DNA from: Gemmatimonas sp.
GTDB lineage: Bacteria; Gemmatimonadota; Gemmatimonadetes; Gemmatimonadales; Gemmatimonadaceae
Direction of reading: 5' to 3'
Assembly (NCBI GenBank): GCA_965279375.1
Contig: OZ257156.1
Coordinates: 4,288,001-4,352,000 of the forward strand
DNA: 64,000 bases
Position 1 is the first letter of the stretch. Each line of letters begins with the position of its first letter. Positions 58,154-64,000 of the stretch are shown one piece after another. The notes below the pieces were generated by a model. That model did not search any database and had not been told where the DNA came from. It saw only the letters and a list, made by a program, of their open reading frames with translations. Made by a program: the position numbers and the translations under genes.

Positions 58154-58622
58154 TCGCGTCACCTTGATCGGCAACGTCGGTCAAGCGCCCGAAGTCCGCA
58201 CCGTCGGCAACGGCTCGCGCGTCGCGTCATTCTCGCTCGCGACGGGGCGTACCTGGACCGATGCGGGCGGCGCGAAGCAGGAAAAAACGGAGTGGCATCG
58301 CTGCATCGTGTGGAACAACAAGACGTCCTCGCTCGCCGACGTGGTGGAGAAGTACGTCGCGAAGGGTGATCGCATCTACGTCGAAGGCGAGATCGAGTAT
58401 CGCCAGTGGCAGGATGCAGAAGGCAATACGCGCTACACGACGGAGATTCGCGTACGCGAGCTGCTCATGCTCGGCTCCAAGCGTGATGGGGCGGAGGCCG
58501 CAGGCGACGTGCCGGCGGGATCGAAGGCGGCACGGCCACGCGCCGCGAAGCCGAGTGTGTCGGACGACTTCTCGGACTTCCCGTCGGAACTGGACGATGA
58601 AAGCGACGACCTCCCGTTCTGA
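58137..58622 (+). CDS. ssb: Single-stranded DNA-binding protein
   Basis: LNRVTLIGNVG, KTEWHR, IYVEG, C-terminal DDLPF. Confidence 0.96.
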   Translation: MARSLNRVTLIGNVGQAPEVRTVGNGSRVASFSLATGRTWTDAGGAKQEKTEWHRCIVWNNKTSSLADVVEKYVAKGDRIYVEGEIEYRQWQDAEGNTRYTTEIRVRELLMLGSKRDGAEAAGDVPAGSKAARPRAAKPSVSDDFSDFPSELDDESDDLPF

Positions 58623-58896
58623 AACCGTCGACGTGCGGCACGCCGTGTCGCCATTCGGGGTGCAGTCCGATGGCGCGCGGCAGCTGCTCGGCGTCAGCCT
58701 CGATGTGCTGCACAAGATCCCCTTCACCGTCCTGCCCTATCTCCGCCTCGGCACGCATCGCTGGTATCTGGTGCGACACCTCGAGCTGCTGGCGGAACGC
58801 CTGATCGCGCTGCGCATCGCGCGAGGCGCACCCAAACACATGGAGTCGCTGCACGAACTGCTGCGCGACCTCCCCACGATGGACTACGCGCAATGA
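58597..58896 (+). CDS. Small excisionase-like HTH protein
   Basis: ARQLLGVS...LPYLRLG..RWY. Confidence 0.5.
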   Translation: MKATTSRSETVDVRHAVSPFGVQSDGARQLLGVSLDVLHKIPFTVLPYLRLGTHRWYLVRHLELLAERLIALRIARGAPKHMESLHELLRDLPTMDYAQ

Positions 58897-59867
58897 CCCC
58901 TGTGTATCCGAAACTGGCGTTCGACCGAGAAGAGTTGGAGGCGGCACGTGCCGAGGCGCTGCTACGGACTCGTGGCTATCGGCTGCTCGCCCCCTTCACC
59001 GGTGGCAAGGCCGTCTACGCCCACGAGACGGTGTATGATGCGCCGGAAGCGATCGCCTGTGGCCTGATGGTCGATACCGAGACGACGGGCAACGATCCGC
59101 GCGTTGACCAGGCGATTCAACTCGCGATCGTACCGTTCTACTACGCCGTCGACAGTGGGGCCGTGCTGACGGTGGAGCGCGCGTATGCCGCGCTCGAGGA
59201 ACCCACGCGCGCGATCGCCGCGGAAGCGACCGCCGTGCATGGTCTGTCGATCGAGGATGTGCGGAACGAACGTTTCGATGACGAGCGCGTCGCGGCGCTG
59301 TTTGCGCGCGCCTCGCTCGTGCTCGCACACAACGCCGCGTTCGACATGCCGATTCTCGCGCGGCGCTTTCCGACGATCATCGCGACGCAGGGCGCTCCGG
59401 TGTGGGGCTGCACCTGGCAGGACATCGACTGGAAGGCGCGTGGCTATGACAGTGCGAAACTCGGTGCGCTGCTGCAGGGCCACACGGGATATCACTTCGC
59501 CGGTCATGACGCGGCTGACGACTGCTATGCCGCCGTGCACGTGATCGCGCAGCCATTCGCCGATGGCACGACACCCTTGGCGGAGCTACGCAGGACGCTC
59601 GCGCGCAGTCGCGTGCGCGTCTTCGCCGTCGGGGCGGCCTTCGAGGCGAAGGACAAGCTGTCGGCGCGTGGGTATCGCTGGAATGATCCGAGTAAGCCAG
59701 GCGCACCCTTCCCGAACGACGCGAAGGCGTGGGTGCGAGAACTCGCGGATGACGAGCTCGAGGCGGAGCGCGGACGGCTCGACACGGACGTGTATCGCTT
59801 CATCGGCGGCAGCCTGCGTGCACTGGTCGATACGATCGATCCCGCCACGCGTTTTCTGCGAGGCTGA
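58893..59867 (+). CDS. DnaQ-like 3'-5' exonuclease (DEDDh)
   Basis: VDTETTG, AHNAAFD, HDAADD. Confidence 0.92.
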   Translation: MTPVYPKLAFDREELEAARAEALLRTRGYRLLAPFTGGKAVYAHETVYDAPEAIACGLMVDTETTGNDPRVDQAIQLAIVPFYYAVDSGAVLTVERAYAALEEPTRAIAAEATAVHGLSIEDVRNERFDDERVAALFARASLVLAHNAAFDMPILARRFPTIIATQGAPVWGCTWQDIDWKARGYDSAKLGALLQGHTGYHFAGHDAADDCYAAVHVIAQPFADGTTPLAELRRTLARSRVRVFAVGAAFEAKDKLSARGYRWNDPSKPGAPFPNDAKAWVRELADDELEAERGRLDTDVYRFIGGSLRALVDTIDPATRFLRG

Positions 59868-59868
59868 G

Positions 59869-60243
59869 ATGACGATTGCGGCCGTGCCGGATGCCGATGT
59901 CCGGACCTTCGAGGCGGTGCTGGAGCAGTGGACGCACGATGAAGTTGTCTTGCGTCGACATGGCCAGCACGCCCTGGCGGATCAACTCGCGCAGTGTGCG
60001 GCCGATGTGCGCGCCGGCGCCGAGGAATTCCTCACGCTCCTCGCTGAGTCGGAAGCCGCGCTCTACAGCGGTGAGACCGCACGTTGGTTGCAGAAGCGAT
60101 TCCCGGCGCTCGAGCGGCGTGGTCTCGCGCTCAAGCGTGGCCGGACGCGCTACTATCGCCAGTGTGCGATTCCTCGCCGCGCCGAGACCGCGCGGGCCTT
60201 TGAGGCAGGCCGCGATGCGGCACGCCGCACCAAGAGCGCCTGA
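59869..60243 (+). CDS. Hypothetical, possible recombination directionality factor
   Basis: EAALYSG...WL...GRTRYY; directly upstream of integrase. Confidence 0.5.
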   Translation: MTIAAVPDADVRTFEAVLEQWTHDEVVLRRHGQHALADQLAQCAADVRAGAEEFLTLLAESEAALYSGETARWLQKRFPALERRGLALKRGRTRYYRQCAIPRRAETARAFEAGRDAARRTKSA

Positions 60244-60245
60244 CC

Positions 60246-61586
60246 ATGACGACTGCGCGCACGACGAAGAAGCGGAAGGAGCTGTATCGCGCGGGTCGCC
60301 ATGGCGACACCGTGCGCGTGGTCGTCGATACCGTCGAGCAGCGCGCGATTGTCTACTACCGCGACGCCGATGGCGTCGAGCACAAGAAGAAGTACCCTCT
60401 GAGCAAAGAGGGGCGCGCCGAAGCGATCGCGTTCGCGGAAGGGTGGCACGCGGAGCGCGAGCGCATGGTGCGGGCGCGACGCGAGGCCGTCACCCAGACT
60501 GTCGTGACGGTGCGAGATCTCTGGACTGCCTTCAAGGCAAGCGAGTTCTCGAGTGATGTCGGCGAAGGCCTGCGCCAGGCGACACAGGTGTCGTACACGC
60601 ACCACTTCCGCCGCTTCGAACTGTTCGTTGGGAAGGATCGTGCGGCCGAATCCATCAAGGTCCATGAGCTGGCGACGATGCGGAAGGAGGAGCGGGCCGC
60701 AGGGCGCGCCCTCAACCAGACGCGCCAGACCATGAACGTGGTGCGCATTGTGTTTCGCTGGGGCATCGAGCACGAGATGCTGCAGCACTCCCCGCTGGCC
60801 GTGATGCGGTGGAAGACCCGCAAGGATGCGCCCGCCCCGTTGGCTCCTGACGAGTACTCGACCGAGGAGTTCGAAGCGCTGCTGCGGGTCGTGGATCGCG
60901 ACGACACGCGGCAGTGGCGCGCGTGGGTGTTCCTGATGCTGGCCGGCCACTACGGGCAGCGCGCGAACGCCGTGCTGCATCTGCGGTGGCGCGACATCGA
61001 TGTCGATGCCGGCGTGATCACGTGGCCAGGGCGCTACCAGAAGCAGGGCAAGGACCTCCCGCGGCCGTTGACCTGGGAGGCGTGGTCGGCGCTCCTCACC
61101 GCGCGGGCGCAACGTGAACGGGTGGTCACATTCAAGAAACTGGCACACCACACCAATACTTTGGCGTCCGCAGCCCGGTTAGATGAGGCCGACTGGGTCC
61201 TCTTCGCAGAGCGCGACAAGGCCAAACCGATGAGCTACCAGTCGATGCACTACCACCTCGTCCACGCGGAGAAGCGCGCCAAGGTCGAGCCCAAGCCGTA
61301 CCGGAAGGCGCACGGATTCCGCCGCATGGTGGTGGGCAACGTGATTGCCGCGACCGGTGACCGGATGCTCGGGCTCGAGGTCGTGGGCGACAAGGATCCC
61401 AAGGTCCTGACGTCCTACGATCGGCGGCTGGCGGCCCGGGTGGCGGCCGGCATGGCGGCGGTCGCGACGACCGGGGCCGATGGAGAGGCATTGTCGAAAG
61501 CGTCCCGGAATCTTCCCGACGTGCCGACAAACGAAACGGCGCCCACCGAAGCGGACGCCGTAAACCCAACAACGACAGAGGTTTAG
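60246..61586 (+). CDS. int: Tyrosine recombinase/integrase
   Basis: YGQRANAVLHLRWRDID, HGFRR, SYD; adjacent to tRNA. Confidence 0.9.
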   Translation: MTTARTTKKRKELYRAGRHGDTVRVVVDTVEQRAIVYYRDADGVEHKKKYPLSKEGRAEAIAFAEGWHAERERMVRARREAVTQTVVTVRDLWTAFKASEFSSDVGEGLRQATQVSYTHHFRRFELFVGKDRAAESIKVHELATMRKEERAAGRALNQTRQTMNVVRIVFRWGIEHEMLQHSPLAVMRWKTRKDAPAPLAPDEYSTEEFEALLRVVDRDDTRQWRAWVFLMLAGHYGQRANAVLHLRWRDIDVDAGVITWPGRYQKQGKDLPRPLTWEAWSALLTARAQRERVVTFKKLAHHTNTLASAARLDEADWVLFAERDKAKPMSYQSMHYHLVHAEKRAKVEPKPYRKAHGFRRMVVGNVIAATGDRMLGLEVVGDKDPKVLTSYDRRLAARVAAGMAAVATTGADGEALSKASRNLPDVPTNETAPTEADAVNPTTTEV

Positions 61587-61601
61587 CAATGCTACCCCGA
61601 G

Positions 61602-61673
61602 AGCCACAGATCGGGATTGAACCGATGACCGCCCGATTACGAATCGGGTGCTCTACCGCTGAGCTACTGTGGC
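61602..61673 (-). tRNA. tRNA-Thr(CGT); probable prophage att site
   Basis: Cloverleaf; CCCGA-TTCGTAA-TCGGG anticodon arm; no encoded CCA. Confidence 0.95.
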
Positions 61674-61706
61674 GACTGCAACAACACCTGCGAACCGTGT
61701 CGAGCA

Positions 61707-61788
61707 TGCCTTCGCGCGGACTCGAACCGCGACGCCTTTCGGCACTACCACCTCAAAGTAGCGTGTCTACCAATTTCACCACGAAGGC
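61707..61788 (-). tRNA. tRNA-Leu(GAG)
   Basis: Cloverleaf with long variable arm; TTGAGGT loop. Confidence 0.95.
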
Positions 61789-61862
61789 AGTCTGCTCGAC
61801 GGCGGTACTCCAACTCCAGACCCAAACCGCAATCGAACCTTGCGGTGACATCTCGCAAACTA

Positions 61863-61937
61863 CGGGAGCGACGGGGCTCGAACCCGCGACCTCTCGAGTG
61901 ACAGTCGAGTGCTCTAACCAAACTGAGCTACGCCCCC
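61863..61937 (-). tRNA. tRNA-Asp(GTC)
   Basis: Cloverleaf; CTGTCAC loop. Confidence 0.95.
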
Positions 61938-62038
61938 AACACCGAACGAACCAGAGGAACCGTAGCGTGACCGCTCGTGCTCACGTGCTCGCTTGCTGCA
62001 CCAACCCTGCTGCTCCCCCGACTCCTACCGGGGAGCCA

Positions 62039-62110
62039 TAGCCCCAACGGGAGTCGAACCCGTCTCTCGACCTTGAAAGGGTCGCGTCCTAACCGATAGA
62101 CGATGGAGCC
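62039..62110 (-). tRNA. tRNA-Glu(TTC)
   Basis: Cloverleaf; CTTTCAA loop. Confidence 0.95.
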
Positions 62111-62138
62111 GACTTTCCTACAGACCAGCACCTGCCAG

Positions 62139-62211
62139 TAGCGGTAACGGGATTCGAACCCGTGTTCCAGCCTTGAGAGGGCTGTGTCCTAGTCCCCTAG
62201 ACGATACCGCC
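62139..62211 (-). tRNA. tRNA-Glu(CTC)
   Basis: Cloverleaf; CTCTCAA loop. Confidence 0.95.
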
Positions 62212-62380
62212 AAGGTGATTCCGCCGGAGGCGGAATCGCCCTGGCGGTCTCGGGAGATGCGCATCGCTTCGCGAAGCACACCCCTTCCTGCTTCGAGTCG
62301 TGATCGCGTTGCGGTCACTCCTCTCTTCGAGCTCGGCCGACAACCCGAACCCGCTCGAACATCGACAACGTGTGCACCAA

Positions 62381-62453
62381 CAGGCCCGGAGGGAATCGAA
62401 CCCCCAACCGCCGGTTTTGGAGACCGGTGCTCTACCAATTGAGCTACGGACCT
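62381..62453 (-). tRNA. tRNA-Trp(CCA)
   Basis: Cloverleaf; CTCCAAA loop. Confidence 0.95.
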
Positions 62454-62486
62454 CCGAGGCGGAGGCCTGACGGCTGCCGCTCGCAG

Positions 62487-62561
62487 GGTGACCAACGGGA
62501 ATTGAACCCGCAACCCCCGGAACCACAATCCGGTGCTCTAACCAATTGAGCTATGGCCACC
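62487..62561 (-). tRNA. tRNA-His(GTG)
   Basis: Cloverleaf; TTGTGGT loop; encoded G-1. Confidence 0.95.
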
Positions 62562-62639
62562 ATGGTCGGATGCGAACGCTTTTTTACGACGCTGCACCCG
62601 CACGATCACTCCGGTCAGTCACCTGAATCAGAGCACAAA

Positions 62640-62668
62640 ATCGTAACTACTCGAACACCCGTTTGCAA
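62640..62668 (-). promoter_or_regulatory. Sigma70 promoter of tRNA operon
   Basis: TTGCAA-17-TACGAT on minus strand. Confidence 0.7.
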
Positions 62669-62691
62669 GCGGTGTTGCGTGATTCAGCTGC

Positions 62692-63258
62692 TTAGTCCTT
62701 CGCGCGATCCAGATACTCGCCCGTCGTCGGATTCACGCGCACGCGCGTGCCCGATTCCACGAATTCCGGAACGTTGATCGTCACGCCGTTCTCGAGCTTT
62801 GCCGGCTTCGACGACGCGTTCTTCGTCGCACCGCGCACAACCGGCGCCGTCTCGACAATCTCGAACACCATCGAGTTCGGCAGTTCCACGCCAATCGGGC
62901 GACCGTTGTAGAACTCGCAGATGATCTTCATGCCAGGCTGCATCCAAGGCGCCGAATCACCCAACGCCTCTTCATCCATCTCGAGCTGATCGTAGTTCGA
63001 GACGTTCATGAAGTGGAACGTGTCTCCACCCTGATACATGAACTCGAGTTCCAACGTCTCCATCGACGCCTTCTCGATCGCATCCGCCGCGCGGAAACGA
63101 TGTTCGAAGTTGGAACCCGTACGCAGGTTCTTCATCTTCGCCTGCACCATCGCGCGGAGGTTACCCGGCGTGTGGTGACGGAATTCGATGATGCGGCACG
63201 GATCGCCCTCGAAGACGAGGACCATGCCGCGGCGGATCTGAGTCGCAGGAATGGCCAT
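62692..63258 (-). CDS. efp: Translation elongation factor P
   Basis: HHTPGNLRAMVQ, SKPAKLENG...VPEFV..G..VRVNP.TGEYL.RA. Confidence 0.96.
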   Translation of the reverse strand: MAIPATQIRRGMVLVFEGDPCRIIEFRHHTPGNLRAMVQAKMKNLRTGSNFEHRFRAADAIEKASMETLELEFMYQGGDTFHFMNVSNYDQLEMDEEALGDSAPWMQPGMKIICEFYNGRPIGVELPNSMVFEIVETAPVVRGATKNASSKPAKLENGVTINVPEFVESGTRVRVNPTTGEYLDRAKD

Positions 63259-63397
63259 GCGAACGACACCTTCGACTAAGGGACACCGAGACGTGGCGCC
63301 GTTCACTTTCGCGAAGGTCGCCTGTGCATCATCGGTTCAGTGACATGCCAAGTACAGCCCCGCAACGTAACCCGGCTCAGTACGTCAGGTCAACCGA

Positions 63398-64000
63398 CTA
63401 GCGAAGGAACGTTGTCACGCCGCCAAGAACTCCAGTCCTCCGCTCGGCGCCCGGCGGTGGCGGTGGCCCGCCCGAACCGCTCCGACGCTCCGCTTCGAGC
63501 ACCACATCCAGCAGATGTCGACGCCCGATGCCAGACTCGACGCGAAGGACCACCACGCGTTCGGAAAAGTGATCGGCGATCCCCTGCACGAGCCCCTCCA
63601 GCGCCGCGGCAACCTCCGGTACACCAGACACGCCAAGCCGCAACGTTTTCGCGTCCCGCAGCTCCACGTCCACATACGGCGGTTCGAGGTCGGGAAACAG
63701 CGCGCTGCTGACATCGCTCGCCACCGCAGTGATCTGCAGCAGCAGCTCTCGCGAGGACTGATACCGCCGCCCCAGCACCGGAAGCTCGCGAAAAAGCGGC
63801 GCGACCAATCCGCGCCCCAACAACACGCACAGCTCGGTGGTCGCTTCCTGCCGGACCGAGGCGAGCGCCGTCACGAACGTGGATGCTCGCGAGGTCACCC
63901 CCAGATCGAGCGTGCGCGAAATCGCCGATGCACGGGTCGCCGCCAACACCGCGTCCCCGTACTGCGCGCGCACCGCGTCCTCAAGCATGACCAGTATCGA
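63398..64000 (-). CDS. H-NOX/HNOB-like protein (5' end at or beyond window edge)
   Basis: V...YG, LLG, LFPDLEPP, LEGLVQGIADHFSE match the H-NOX scaffold. Confidence 0.6.
   Translation of the reverse strand, partial: SILVMLEDAVRAQYGDAVLAATRASAISRTLDLGVTSRASTFVTALASVRQEATTELCVLLGRGLVAPLFRELPVLGRRYQSSRELLLQITAVASDVSSALFPDLEPPYVDVELRDAKTLRLGVSGVPEVAAALEGLVQGIADHFSERVVVLRVESGIGRRHLLDVVLEAERRSGSGGPPPPPGAERRTGVLGGVTTFLR

Larger units (their letters stand above)
1..61673 (+). mobile_element. Temperate siphovirus-like prophage (left end outside window) integrated at tRNA-Thr(CGT)
   Basis: Contiguous co-oriented phage modules (terminase, portal, capsid, tail, tape measure, lysis, repressor, integrase) ending at a tRNA 3' end; host genes follow. 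Confidence 0.95.

Noticed and set aside
61602..62561. tRNA cluster as phage-encoded
   Set aside because: Lies beyond the integrase and is contiguous with host efp under a host-type promoter

Overview
About 61.6 kb of this GC-rich window is one temperate siphovirus-like prophage. Its left end lies outside the window and its right end is a tyrosine integrase (60246-61586) abutting the 3' end of tRNA-Thr(CGT). Left to right it carries: accessory/middle genes (RecU-like resolvase, His-rich repeat protein, HerA-like ATPase, ASCH, nucleotidyltransferase-like protein, ATP-dependent ligase-like protein); terS-rtcB-terL; portal, head morphogenesis, scaffold and P22-type capsid; neck and tail genes with a 1686-aa tape measure; a lysis cassette; an ECF sigma factor; a second structural-like cluster; RadC and Gp157; an immunity switch; and a Sak4-SSB-DnaQ-integrase early operon. 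Host DNA on the right has seven minus-strand tRNAs, efp and a truncated H-NOX-like gene. The host may be Gemmatimonadota-like (weak inference). The most notable observation is an ORF-free ~410-nt segment (53192-53599) that folds by eye into a large multi-domain RNA, with G-U wobbles consistently on the + strand: a candidate undescribed phage ncRNA. Also notable: a membrane-anchored PAS-domain protein next to the holin/endolysin, two unrelated RNA-ligase-type genes, a 4-copy promoter motif, an internally duplicated tail tube protein, and point lesions in the tail-tip gene and endolysin. All assignments come from motif recognition by eye; no database searches were run.
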